Under the pieces are notes generated by a model. That model had not been told where the DNA came from, ran no database searches, and saw only the letters and a list, made by a program, of their open reading frames with translations. Of a DNA stretch of 64,000 bases, positions 36,166-45,643 are shown piece after piece (positions within the stretch are counted from its first letter, which is position 1; every line of letters begins with the position of its first letter). Made by a program: the position numbers and the translations under genes. The DNA lies in the IMG/VR virus record IMGVR_UViG_3300042261_000720; one strand, 5' to 3'. The DNA is from an uncultured virus (IMG/VR IMGVR_UViG_3300042261_000720) (taxonomy: Duplodnaviria; Heunggongvirae; Uroviricota; Caudoviricetes).

Positions 36166-39100
36166 TTATACGGTGAAGATTCTCCAACCATAAGATGTGT
36201 TTCCAGAATAAACTAATGCAAATGCAGCACCTTCAATGCTAACTGTTAAATTATCAAGATCACCTTGAATTCTCTGTCCATTACGAGCAACAGTGAGGGC
36301 ATTACTATCAAAAGTATTTGCTGCATCAAAGAATCTAATTTCATCACCAATATTTGGTGAAGCAGGAAGTGTAAGAGTAACTGCTCCTCCAGAAGTATTA
36401 ACCCAACATTGTTGGAAAGCTTCTACATTACTATTGCTAGAAAGACTGACATCATAAAATCTTCCAACAGGAACCCAAGAAGTTCCATTGTAATTTTCAA
36501 GATACTTTCTAGTGGTATTGTATCTTACAGCACCAGTGTTAGGAGTAAGAGGTCTCTGACCATCAGTTCCTTGAGGAGGAACCATGGCATCATTACCCAT
36601 TTTATTTCTCTTCATGTATCCAACAACTGCAAATTCTGTTGGAACAGCAGTGTTAGAGTTACCACTCATCGTCTCATCAGCTGAGAATTCGTTAATTGCC
36701 TCACCAATTTGTCCACCAAGAGAACCCAGTCTTAGTTCTGTCAGACCAGAAAGGTTAAACGCCGAAGCATCAAGAGTTGCAGAACCAGTTAACTGGTTAA
36801 CTGCGAATAGATCTCCAACTCGGAAGTTGCCACCTTGGTCAGTGGATACATAGAACACTTTACCAGGGCCAAAGGTATTTGTTTCATTACCCTGAGCAAC
36901 GTTTGCTTCGTTAACATCTGGATAATTAGTCTCAACTTTATTACCAGTTCCTACTGATAGGAAGTCGTGACCTGTTAAACGAGCGTTAGAGAAGTTTGCT
37001 CTGATCTCAATATAAGATCCGTAAGTGCTCCCAGTCGCAACATTGCCAGTATTTGTTCCTGCAACAAGTCCTCTTGTATCAACTGTTGCAATTGCCTTTT
37101 CAGGAGCAATACGAATGGTTGCCTTATTAGGATATGTAACAATACCAGCAGAAGTTTTAACTTGGAAAGAAGTAGTAAATCCACTAACTGAAGTAATAAT
37201 ATAAGTGTTAAAATCTGTTCCAATTCCAGCGACCCCCGTTCCTGCCAACGCTGTAGTAAATCCAACAGCAGTTCCAACGAGTGGTTCTTCAGTTAAATTA
37301 TCAACCTCAAGAATAACACCCTTTTGACCACTTATGGATCCAACAGTTGATGAAATTCTAAATGCACCTGTGTATCCAGCTCCAATTACATCAACCCATT
37401 CACCAGTAATGAATGTTGTGGTTCCGATACCAACCCCAACATATGGACTTCCATAACCATCTTCATACAAGAAGTAATATCTATCAGAAGATGATTGGTC
37501 ATTTAGAATATTACCACGAGCACCAGATGCAGTTCCTCTGATACTATCACCAACAGCAACAGTACCTTTAATAGATCCCGTTACGATTTCTAAACGATCT
37601 CCAAGAAGTCTTCCAAAAATTGGAGTTTCTGCAGTTGAGAATCCAGAAGAAATAACTCCATAATCACCATAAGAATTATTACCACCAACAGAACGAATTC
37701 TTGAACCACCGCCAGAGTAATAACCCCATTTTGCATAGTAGGTAAAGCAAGAAACTATTTCAGCTCTTGCATCTCGATCAAGAATAAAACCAGCACCATC
37801 ACTTAGAACATTGGTGTAAGCATCAAACACCATTGACTTAGCACCATATGGGTGTACACCACCATCGATGAATACACCAACACCAGCACCGCCACCATAA
37901 CCATCAGTAGCTGGATCACCGAATGAAGTGCAGTCCTTAACATAAGGTGATTTATTTGAGATTGGAGAATCTGGGTTAAATGCAAAGTAAATTCCACAAG
38001 CAGTGTTTCCAGATCCTGTTCTAACAGTTGTTGCTGATAATTCATATGGACGAGTTGGTTCATAATTAAATCCAACAAGACCAGATACATTCAGACCCTG
38101 AATAGTAGTTGCATCAGACAACTTAAACATTGTCTGTCTATTATTTGGAGTTACATTATCAGAAGATAGTCCATCAGCAGGACGGATCTTAGAAGCTCTA
38201 AGTGTATTACCAACAATGCTTGTAAATGGAGGTACTGTAATTGGAAGTTGTTCGGCAAACTCTGAGGCAGATAAACGAATAACCGCAGGAGAAAGGTTTG
38301 TAACAGTACCACCTGCAACATAAGTATGAGTAATTGTTGAAGTTCCTACATTAACGGTAAATGTATCGTTATCAATAACATTAACAACATTAAAGTAAGA
38401 TCCAACTTCAGTATCTGGGAAAATAGTAGTTGTAACACCAACAAATACTAGACCACCAGCAACATAAACGTGTGAAATAGTAGAAGTTCCTACATTGACC
38501 TCAAACTGAGTTGGTGAATTAACTGAAGTTACAGTAAAGTTATATCCTTGTGTGCCATCTGGGAAGATAGTTGTTGTAATTCCAGAACCACCAGGACAAG
38601 TAAACTCAATATTTCTTAAGCGAACTATATCACCATTCTGGACAAAGTTTGTTGCAGTGGTTGTGACAGTTGTAATACCAGTAGAATTAGAATAAGTTAC
38701 ATTTTGAATATTATAACTATTACCACCACTCAAACACTCAAACTCAATATCATCTAGTTTAACTGTAATGTTTGGATAAAGAATACCGTGTGCGGGTGCA
38801 GTAATAGTCGAAATACCAGATTCTTTGGAATAAACAAAATTTGTAATATTAGTAACTGCATTTGCACTTTGACAAGCATACTTTAAAGTTCTAAACGCTA
38901 AGTCTGGAGTGCTTCCATTAAATGTATCGTGACCCTGTTCTGGATCCGCATAATAGACTCTAGTTGCATTACCAATTGTTGTCCAAATTGGTACTCCAGT
39001 TGTAGAGACACCTAATGCCTGATAAGTTGATCCAATTGCTAATCGAGTAGGTGCTGATGCATCTCTAATCAGAATATCACCCTTAGTTGTAAGAACAGCA

Positions 39101-39951
39101 TTCGAATCTCCAAGTGCTAATGCTGCCCAAACATTTGGATTAGTTCCAGGAGTAATGTTTAGAATTGCAGAAGTACCAATTCCTACATAAGCAGAAGAGG
39201 AATACTCAACAACATTATTTGGATAATAAGTTGTTATTCCAGAGTAAGTTCCAGCAAACTTAAGACCAGTATTAAATAAAGCCCAAGCAGTTCCAATTTG
39301 ACCGCCACCTGCAGTATCAGTAATTGGATTAATACCTGTCGCTACACCAACATTAAGTCTAAAGGTATTACCACCTAACTGAACTAAATCTCCTTGAGCA
39401 TATGTCTCAGTATTCGAATAGGTCGATATTCCACTGACATCAACACCAGCAACTAATAAATTCCAATTAGTTCCTAATGTTTGGTTTGGAATATTGTTTG
39501 TAGTTGTGGTAATCGCAACATATGCATTACCATTAAATACTACAGTATCACCTGGTTGATAGTCTGTAAATGCATTATATGTTCCCTCATTAGTAAACCC
39601 ACTAATATACTCTGTAAAATTAGTGCTTGCTGCTCCAGTTAATGTAAAAAAGGAAGTAGAAAATCCTGTTGTGACTCTATATTGCTTATTACCATATTTA
39701 AAAACATCATTAACTGTATAATAAGTATTCGCTACAAAGTCTCCTACGTTTCTTAATCCATCAGTATTAAGAGACCATTTTGATATATCAGTGGCATACC
39801 AACCCGATGTAGAACCAACCGAAGTGTGATTGGTGGTACAAACATAAGTGTTGGCACCAAATTTTACAATGTCATCAATGACATAAGCAGTACTGGGAAC
39901 CCAATCGCCTTTCCAGTTAAATTTCAGTCTACCAAGTCTAAATTCTGCCAT
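36166..39951 (-). CDS. Large tail fibre/virion structural protein (1261 aa)
   Basis: MAEFRLGRLKFNWKG start, W...Y...D.V..G..Y repeats, beta-helix-like middle, GHDFL..GTG and STDQ.GNFRVG motifs, shared C-terminal module. Confidence 0.75.
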   Translation of the reverse strand: MAEFRLGRLKFNWKGDWVPSTAYVIDDIVKFGANTYVCTTNHTSVGSTSGWYATDISKWSLNTDGLRNVGDFVANTYYTVNDVFKYGNKQYRVTTGFSTSFFTLTGAASTNFTEYISGFTNEGTYNAFTDYQPGDTVVFNGNAYVAITTTTNNIPNQTLGTNWNLLVAGVDVSGISTYSNTETYAQGDLVQLGGNTFRLNVGVATGINPITDTAGGGQIGTAWALFNTGLKFAGTYSGITTYYPNNVVEYSSSAYVGIGTSAILNITPGTNPNVWAALALGDSNAVLTTKGDILIRDASAPTRLAIGSTYQALGVSTTGVPIWTTIGNATRVYYADPEQGHDTFNGSTPDLAFRTLKYACQSANAVTNITNFVYSKESGISTITAPAHGILYPNITVKLDDIEFECLSGGNSYNIQNVTYSNSTGITTVTTTATNFVQNGDIVRLRNIEFTCPGGSGITTTIFPDGTQGYNFTVTSVNSPTQFEVNVGTSTISHVYVAGGLVFVGVTTTIFPDTEVGSYFNVVNVIDNDTFTVNVGTSTITHTYVAGGTVTNLSPAVIRLSASEFAEQLPITVPPFTSIVGNTLRASKIRPADGLSSDNVTPNNRQTMFKLSDATTIQGLNVSGLVGFNYEPTRPYELSATTVRTGSGNTACGIYFAFNPDSPISNKSPYVKDCTSFGDPATDGYGGGAGVGVFIDGGVHPYGAKSMVFDAYTNVLSDGAGFILDRDARAEIVSCFTYYAKWGYYSGGGSRIRSVGGNNSYGDYGVISSGFSTAETPIFGRLLGDRLEIVTGSIKGTVAVGDSIRGTASGARGNILNDQSSSDRYYFLYEDGYGSPYVGVGIGTTTFITGEWVDVIGAGYTGAFRISSTVGSISGQKGVILEVDNLTEEPLVGTAVGFTTALAGTGVAGIGTDFNTYIITSVSGFTTSFQVKTSAGIVTYPNKATIRIAPEKAIATVDTRGLVAGTNTGNVATGSTYGSYIEIRANFSNARLTGHDFLSVGTGNKVETNYPDVNEANVAQGNETNTFGPGKVFYVSTDQGGNFRVGDLFAVNQLTGSATLDASAFNLSGLTELRLGSLGGQIGEAINEFSADETMSGNSNTAVPTEFAVVGYMKRNKMGNDAMVPPQGTDGQRPLTPNTGAVRYNTTRKYLENYNGTSWVPVGRFYDVSLSSNSNVEAFQQCWVNTSGGAVTLTLPASPNIGDEIRFFDAANTFDSNALTVARNGQRIQGDLDNLTVSIEGAAFALVYSGNTSYGWRIFTV

Positions 39952-39963
39952 TTTTTGTTTCCT

Positions 39964-40329
39964 TTATTTTGGTCCTATGGTGGTGTAATCGTAGGTGCCA
40001 TTCACCTGAATAACAAAGTAACCATCATTATCAATAAAATAATTCAAATTTCTTCGGTCAAATCTTATCTGTTGGTATTTATCTTGTGGATGATTTGTTA
40101 AAGATTTTTCTTCAGTAGTCTCTTCAATATAATCCTGATAATCAGAAACTTCTATAACTTGAGACCCATCCTTTCTATAATTAATATCTATAGAAGTTTC
40201 AGTTGTAGACGCTGCACTTACTTTTGTAAGCCATAGCATATCGTCTTCATCTCTTCTCAAAGCATAAACATAATATCCATTGGAATCTGAAAAAGAATTG
40301 GAGTTGGCTCCACTGAGTGTTAATGCCAT
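39964..40329 (-). CDS. Conserved fibre-associated hypothetical protein
   Basis: YVYALRRD, KYQQIRFD, YFIDNDGYFV; coupled to the upstream gene. Confidence 0.55.
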   Translation of the reverse strand: MALTLSGANSNSFSDSNGYYVYALRRDEDDMLWLTKVSAASTTETSIDINYRKDGSQVIEVSDYQDYIEETTEEKSLTNHPQDKYQQIRFDRRNLNYFIDNDGYFVIQVNGTYDYTTIGPK

Positions 40330-40835
40330 TATTGTATTACGCTCCAAACAGTACCAGTCCATAAAAATAAAATATGACCCCCAGCAACATCTAAGAGCAT
40401 AGGTTCATTTTCCAAATTACCAATTTGATCCTGAATTTGAGCAATCCCTAAAGTATTAATTTGTACAGGATTGGTTGACCAGCATAATAGAGGATCAGCT
40501 ACTTCAACGCTATCACCAACAGCTAAAGAACTTGTTGGTAAATTTAATTGTATAGAACCACCTCTCGTATCTATCAGATACCTTTTTTGTACTGCTAGTC
40601 CGATACTTATTCCATCAGCAGAAAGTTCCGCTGAAGCTAGAGATGATTGATCGAGATAAGTCCACTGAGCTGTCAGTCCTGTAGGTGCTTGTGCAATAAC
40701 TTTAATATTGGCACCATCACGAATATATATTCGTTGATCGGGAATATTTACGGCTATTTCACCATCGGCAAGTTGAGAAATTGTGGGAACAATACCCAAA
40801 TTTCGACTTCTTTTTGGCTTAATAATCGTCGCCAT
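40329..40835 (-). CDS. Short fibre-like adaptor protein
   Basis: N-terminal KPKRS..VPT..LADGEIAVN fibre-anchor motif fused to the DT.GG..LP..GD module; TATAAATA at 40861-40868. Confidence 0.55.
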   Translation of the reverse strand: MATIIKPKRSRNLGIVPTISQLADGEIAVNIPDQRIYIRDGANIKVIAQAPTGLTAQWTYLDQSSLASAELSADGISIGLAVQKRYLIDTRGGSIQLNLPTSSLAVGDSVEVADPLLCWSTNPVQINTLGIAQIQDQIGNLENEPMLLDVAGGHILFLWTGTVWSVIQ

Positions 40836-40882
40836 TAATTCAGAATAAAAAGATTTTAATTATTTATATCCTTATAAAATCA

Positions 40883-41497
40883 CTAATGCAAAAATAGATT
40901 AAAGCTCAACGTTCTCCTCTCTTTATTATTAATATGTTTGGCAACCCAATGCATTAAATTACTGGGAAACAAAAATGTTTTACCAATTTCTTGATAAGGT
41001 CTATAGTGTTCGTTGTCCCAAAAAAACTCAAGATTAGTTTTTTCTATTTCTGTGGCATCATCAGGAAGATCTAAAATAATAATTCCAGATACATTTCCTC
41101 TGTGATCATGTGGTGGAGTATAATCTAATTTTTTATAGCGATTAATCCACACATCCAAAAGTTCTTCAGAAAAAGTTGATTTGGGTAAGATAATTTGCTT
41201 ATCATATACACCACTTTGACGATTATAAGCCTGACAAATTTGTAAAAGAAAAAATGATAATCCAGTCTCAAAAGAAGATTTCGGAGTTAAATAAATTACC
41301 TCAAAATCTCTAGAAAGTAAATTAGGAAAATATTTATTATCAGTAAATTTTGATGAGCACATTTTCTTTTGCTCTTCACTCATTTCATCAACATAAAGAT
41401 TTAATTTTGATACTACATCTTCTGGACATTGACATTCCAAAATCATAGGTCCAAAAGGTTTACAAAACCCTATATTATATTCATTCTCCATGTTCAT
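40883..41497 (-). CDS. 2OG-Fe(II) oxygenase-like protein (HxH type)
   Basis: WINRY...PHDH, LFPSNLMHWV, ERRTLSFN. Confidence 0.7.
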   Translation of the reverse strand: MNMENEYNIGFCKPFGPMILECQCPEDVVSKLNLYVDEMSEEQKKMCSSKFTDNKYFPNLLSRDFEVIYLTPKSSFETGLSFFLLQICQAYNRQSGVYDKQIILPKSTFSEELLDVWINRYKKLDYTPPHDHRGNVSGIIILDLPDDATEIEKTNLEFFWDNEHYRPYQEIGKTFLFPSNLMHWVAKHINNKERRTLSFNLFLH

Positions 41498-42095
41498 TTA
41501 AAATATCAGTATAGTTTATAAAACAAGTCATAATATACTTATCTCCAGAAACAGGGACTGTTCCTTCATGCTCAAAGAGATAATTGCAAGGGAACATAAC
41601 AACTTTTCCCTTTTCTGGTTTTATATAAACTTCAAGTTGTCCAAAATTTGTTCCACCACCCTCATCAACATCATTTAAGTATCCTATAAATCCAAAGACC
41701 CTGTGAACATTTGCTCCTGCAGTTTGATCACAATGTTTTTTAAAATAACCATCTCCTTTATGATATATTCTTAGAGAATAATCTCTGGCAGACATTGGTT
41801 GTGCAATTGGAGTTGGATGAAGTTTAGAATATTCATCATAAACATTAAATATAATTTTCGTCATCAAATCAGATATTGGATCATCTTTATCTGGATATGC
41901 CTGCATTGTTTTCTTTTTATCTAAAACAACGTTGTTAGCAAAATCTTCACCACTCATATGTCCACCATACACTTGTCCTTGTTGATGTAGATCTTCATTG
42001 CAGTGAAACCATTTGATTAACATATCACAATACTCATCAGGAATAATTTTTGGAAATTCCTGAATGAGTTCACTAAGTTTAGTATTATTGTTCAT
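41481..42095 (-). CDS. 2OG-Fe(II) prolyl-hydroxylase-like oxygenase
   Basis: HCD, YLNDVDEGGGT.F, FP...HEG, KYI. Confidence 0.8.
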   Translation of the reverse strand: MNNNTKLSELIQEFPKIIPDEYCDMLIKWFHCNEDLHQQGQVYGGHMSGEDFANNVVLDKKKTMQAYPDKDDPISDLMTKIIFNVYDEYSKLHPTPIAQPMSARDYSLRIYHKGDGYFKKHCDQTAGANVHRVFGFIGYLNDVDEGGGTNFGQLEVYIKPEKGKVVMFPCNYLFEHEGTVPVSGDKYIMTCFINYTDILNEHGE

Positions 42096-42276
42096 TTTTC
42101 TTTTTACAAGCACCTCTACCCCATCCACGACTTACACTATTAATATATGAACAGATTTTTCCACTCTCTCCACAATAAGGGCACTTAGAATCTGGTGGAT
42201 CATTCGCATAGGGATTATAGACTTCTTTCTTGGGTTTCCTTGCGTTCTCTGCCTGCTTGTGTTTGCGGTGGTTCAT
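42085..42276 (-). CDS. Small Cys-containing hypothetical protein (possible Zn ribbon)
   Basis: CPYC...C...C; overlaps both neighbours. Confidence 0.5.
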   Translation of the reverse strand: MNHRKHKQAENARKPKKEVYNPYANDPPDSKCPYCGESGKICSYINSVSRGWGRGACKKKNEQ

Positions 42277-42578
42277 ACGACTACTGGTTCTCCTAGACCT
42301 TCTGGCAGTCCAATCTGAGGGAGTTTATCGGGTTCACGAACCTCCCAAGAGCCACCAACTCCACCATCCATGTTTACAACGATTTCATTGGTTGGTAGTG
42401 ACTTTGGAACCTCAACATCAATGACTTCACCCATAAGAAACTTATTTTTTATAATTTGACGATCTTGTGGATCTAAATGCAGCAGCATTATTGCATCTGA
42501 CCACTCACCACAATCTGCAATTTTTTTTCCAGTTCTTTTTTCAACAACTGAAAAATATTCTTCATTATACTTTTTCAT
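42273..42578 (-). CDS. Hypothetical protein
   Basis: Coupled ORF on the coding strand. Confidence 0.55.
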   Translation of the reverse strand: MKKYNEEYFSVVEKRTGKKIADCGEWSDAIMLLHLDPQDRQIIKNKFLMGEVIDVEVPKSLPTNEIVVNMDGGVGGSWEVREPDKLPQIGLPEGLGEPVVV

Positions 42579-42837
42579 GATGCTGTTTTAAATTTGGGTT
42601 TGGTTGAGATGGAACTACAGGATTACGACTTACATTTTTAATGACAATAAAAGCATCATTTTGATAAGTTACGCTTCCAAATGGTTTTGCCCACTTTGGA
42701 TTTGCATCTGGATGCGTTGCAGTTCCAGTCACAGCAACGCCACCTATACTTACTTCCAATTCATCGTTTCTATCCCAGTTAAGTTCTTGAAGGGCAATCG
42801 CAAGTTGCCCCAACATTCCACCTGTTGCTTCGATCAT
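42565..42837 (-). CDS. Conserved cyanophage hypothetical protein
   Basis: MLGQLAIAL, KWAKPFG, DAFIVIKN; TTGACT-17-TATAAT at 42859-42887. Confidence 0.6.
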   Translation of the reverse strand: MIEATGGMLGQLAIALQELNWDRNDELEVSIGGVAVTGTATHPDANPKWAKPFGSVTYQNDAFIVIKNVSRNPVVPSQPNPNLKQHHEKV

Positions 42838-42922
42838 TTTATTTTAAGTCTTTTGATTATTATAAATTATTTTTTAAATCAAGTCAAATATGATATAATT
42901 AAATTAAATATTAAAAATTAGA

Positions 42923-43537
42923 ATGGCACTCTTTACAAAGAACGATAAAAAAATATTTCATATTCATATTCCAAGATCTGGTGGAAGATATATTAAAGAA
43001 GTGTTATTACAAAACAATTATCAGATTGATCATGATGATTATGATCAATCAATCTATGGAATTAGTGTAATGCATTTACACTATCCATTATATGAAATGC
43101 TAGAAGATGTAGCAGCATCAAATCACTTTGCTGTGGTTAGAAATCCATTTACACGATTTGCTTCTGCAGCACATTGTATGATAAAAGAATGGTACTCTGA
43201 AATGGAGAATGATATTTACTCCGCTTTGGAAACTAAAGAAGGGTTGGCACAATTTATAGAATACCACGCCATTACAAAGAGATATAATGCCAATTGGATG
43301 AGACACCAACACGAATTCATTTCACCAAAAACAGTTATCTATAAATATGAAGATAAATTAGGTAAAGATTTTATTGATTGGTTTAATAAAACTTTTGATG
43401 CTGATTTGGAGCACAAAGAATATTCATACTATGGGGATCCAAAAGAATTATTAGAAAATCAGATCAAATCAAATAAAAAAGTAGAATCTTTAGTAAAAGA
43501 CTATTACAAAAAAGATTTTGAGTTTTTTGGATATTGA
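42923..43537 (+). CDS. Sulfotransferase family protein
   Basis: HIHIPRSGG (5'-PSB loop), VRNPFTRFAS (3'-PB), YKKDFEFFGY. Confidence 0.8.
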   Translation: MALFTKNDKKIFHIHIPRSGGRYIKEVLLQNNYQIDHDDYDQSIYGISVMHLHYPLYEMLEDVAASNHFAVVRNPFTRFASAAHCMIKEWYSEMENDIYSALETKEGLAQFIEYHAITKRYNANWMRHQHEFISPKTVIYKYEDKLGKDFIDWFNKTFDADLEHKEYSYYGDPKELLENQIKSNKKVESLVKDYYKKDFEFFGY

Positions 43538-43703
43538 TCTTTTATTTTATTTTCTTTTAATGGGCGATAAAGTTGTGGCCAAGTATCACGAATGATCTCT
43601 GCAAGTTTGTATGGTGTTTCAGAAGTAATCATAAATCTTGTGTGATGGACATAACAAACATAAAAATTCCAAAGAGTATGAAACTTATGAGAATGAAGAA
43701 CAT

Positions 43704-43727
43704 AAAAAAAGGAGTTCAGAGAACTCC
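43704..43727 (-). terminator. Terminator after psbD
   Basis: GGAGTTC-TCT-GAACTCC then T run. Confidence 0.65.
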
Positions 43728-43737
43728 CTTATTTAGT

Positions 43738-44799
43738 TTATAGTGCGTTGCCCCGAGGTAAAACTTCCTCTGGAAATACAAACTGCTCATGAGGTTGGTC
43801 TACTGGTGCCATCCACGCTCTAAGACCCTCATTAAGGAGGATATTCTTCGTGTAGAACGTCTCAAACTCAGGATCCTCTGCCGCTCTAATCTCCTGAGAT
43901 ACAAAGTCGTATGCACGTAGATTGAGAGCAAGACCGATGATGCCAATAGAAGAAGTCCAGAGACCCATAACTGGCACAAAAAGCATAAAGAAGTGCAACC
44001 AACGCTTATTACTAAAAGCAATACCGAAGATCTGAGACCAGAATCTGTTAGCAGTAACCATAGAGTATGTCTCTTCTTCTTGAGTCGGTTCAAATGCTTT
44101 AAAAGTGTTTGACTGTTCACTATCTTCATAAAGTGTGTTTTCTACAGTTGCTCCGTGAATCGCGCAGAGCAGTGCTCCACCCAGTATACCAGCAACTCCC
44201 ATCATATGGAAGGGGTTGAGTGTCCAATTATGGAAACCCTGAAGAAACAGGAGGAATCTGAAGATTGCTGCTACTCCAAATGAGGGTGCGAAGAACCAAC
44301 TGGATTGACCCAGTGGATACATCAGGAACACAGAAACGAATACCGCAATAGGACCAGAGAATGCGATCGCATTATAAGGACGGATTCCTACCAATCTAGC
44401 AATCTCAAACTGACGAAGCATAAATCCGATTAAGCTGAAAGCCCCGTGGAGCGCCACAAAAGTCCAGAGTCCCCCAAGTTGGCACCAGCGGACGAAATCC
44501 CCTTGAGCCTCAGGACCCCAGAGAAGAAGAAGAGAATGACCCATAGAATCTGCTGGGGTACTCAACGCAGCGGTCAAAAAATTACAACCTTCCAAATAAC
44601 TTGATGCTAAACCGTGTGTATAAAAACTCGTGACAAATGTAGTGCCAGTCAACCAACCACCAAGAGCAAGATAAGCAGTTGGAAAAAGCAGCAACCCACT
44701 CCATCCAACGAACACAAACCTATCTCTTTTCAACCAATCATCTAATAAATCAAACCAACCTTTTTGTTGGTTCGGTAGTGAAAGTGTAGAAGAAGTCAT
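43738..44799 (-). CDS. psbD: Photosystem II D2 protein
   Basis: [13 protein letters not shown]...[12 protein letters not shown], full length. Confidence 0.98.
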   Translation of the reverse strand: MTSSTLSLPNQQKGWFDLLDDWLKRDRFVFVGWSGLLLFPTAYLALGGWLTGTTFVTSFYTHGLASSYLEGCNFLTAALSTPADSMGHSLLLLWGPEAQGDFVRWCQLGGLWTFVALHGAFSLIGFMLRQFEIARLVGIRPYNAIAFSGPIAVFVSVFLMYPLGQSSWFFAPSFGVAAIFRFLLFLQGFHNWTLNPFHMMGVAGILGGALLCAIHGATVENTLYEDSEQSNTFKAFEPTQEEETYSMVTANRFWSQIFGIAFSNKRWLHFFMLFVPVMGLWTSSIGIIGLALNLRAYDFVSQEIRAAEDPEFETFYTKNILLNEGLRAWMAPVDQPHEQFVFPEEVLPRGNAL

Positions 44800-44825
44800 A
44801 ACCTCCTATCGTATTTCTCATATTT

Positions 44826-44854
44826 AGTTTACAATACTTTACAAAATAGGTCAA
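44826..44854 (-). promoter_or_regulatory. psbD promoter overlapped by an HLR1 direct repeat
   Basis: TTGACC-17-TAAACT on minus; TTTACAAT-AC-TTTACAAA on plus at 44828-44845. Confidence 0.65.
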
Positions 44855-44860
44855 TGAGTA

Positions 44861-45292
44861 TTAGTGCTTATGCCTGTCAAGATAGAGTATCATCTCACTA
44901 AAAAGTGAAGAGTCATCATATGCCTGCCCCAATATCATATTACATCTTCTACAAAGAAGTTGACGAACTTTACCAGTTTCGTGGTCGTGGTCTACACAAA
45001 GTTTTTTCCACTTACCATCTCCCTCTTTTTGGCAAATAGCACAACGACCATTCTGGTTCTCATACATTTCCTGATGTTCTTGAAGTGTTATACCATAGTT
45101 TCTCTTCAAATCATTGTTTCTTGTTCGTTCTGGATTTGCTTGATGTCTTGCTTTTACTCTTGCTTTATCACATTCTTTACAAGCAGAGTGCCTCCTACCA
45201 GTTTTTTTATCACGCATATAAAACTCTGTAATCTGCTTCTCAACGCCACAGGTCATACAGGTTCTATACAGGTCGGAGTATAGTTTAGTCAT
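44861..45292 (-). mobile_element. Free-standing homing endonuclease, endonuclease VII family (F-CphI-like)
   Basis: CxxC...CxxC N-terminus; QNGRCAIC...LCVDHDHETGKVRQLLCRRCN; between intron-bearing psbA and psbD. Confidence 0.85.
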
Positions 45293-45316
45293 TTCGTGCT
45301 TTCTTTCGTGCTTAAA

Positions 45317-45348
45317 TATTTATAAAAAAGGAACTCCGAAGAGTTCCT
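45317..45348 (-). terminator. psbA terminator with overlapping T4 late promoter for the endonuclease
   Basis: AGGAACTC-TTCG-GAGTTCCT-TTTTT, running into TATAAATA (45317-45324). Confidence 0.75.
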
Positions 45349-45358
45349 CTTTATTATA

Positions 45359-45436
45359 TCACCCGATAGTTGGTGCTGTCAAGGCAACAGGAGTTGCTTC
45401 GGCAGCGGCAAGATCAAGTGGGAAGTTGTGAGCATT
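45359..45436 (-). CDS. psbA: psbA exon 2
   Basis: NAHNFPLDLAAAEATPVALTAPTIG-stop, the canonical D1 C-terminus. Confidence 0.95.
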   Translation of the reverse strand, partial: NAHNFPLDLAAAEATPVALTAPTIG

Positions 45437-45643
45437 CCTTGTGTTTTAACCTTTGTCGCCAAAGGGAGCGGACTATATCATCACTCATAAGAGTGTCGGA
45501 CGCTAGTGGCGTATTACGGATGAAGCGTCATCCACCGCCTAGTCTCTGAACCTTCCTTACACGCCTGCAAGGCTTGGCTGCTGATTGTCTACAAGAGAGT
45601 TCCAGCAATTCATCCGATTTAACGAGCGCCATGCGTTCACAAA
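45437..45643 (-). mobile_element. Group I self-splicing intron in psbA (207 nt, no internal ORF)
   Basis: Exon 1 ends in U, intron ends in G; P AATTGCTGGAA, Q AATCAGCAG, R GTTCAGAGACTA, S TGATATAGTCC; guide GCGCTC pairs with exon GAGCGT. Confidence 0.93.

Noticed and set aside
43550..43703. Two tiny minus-strand ORFs after psbD (MFFILISF..., MITSETPYKL...)
   Set aside because: Plausible, but they start within or after the terminator and I cannot support translation or function
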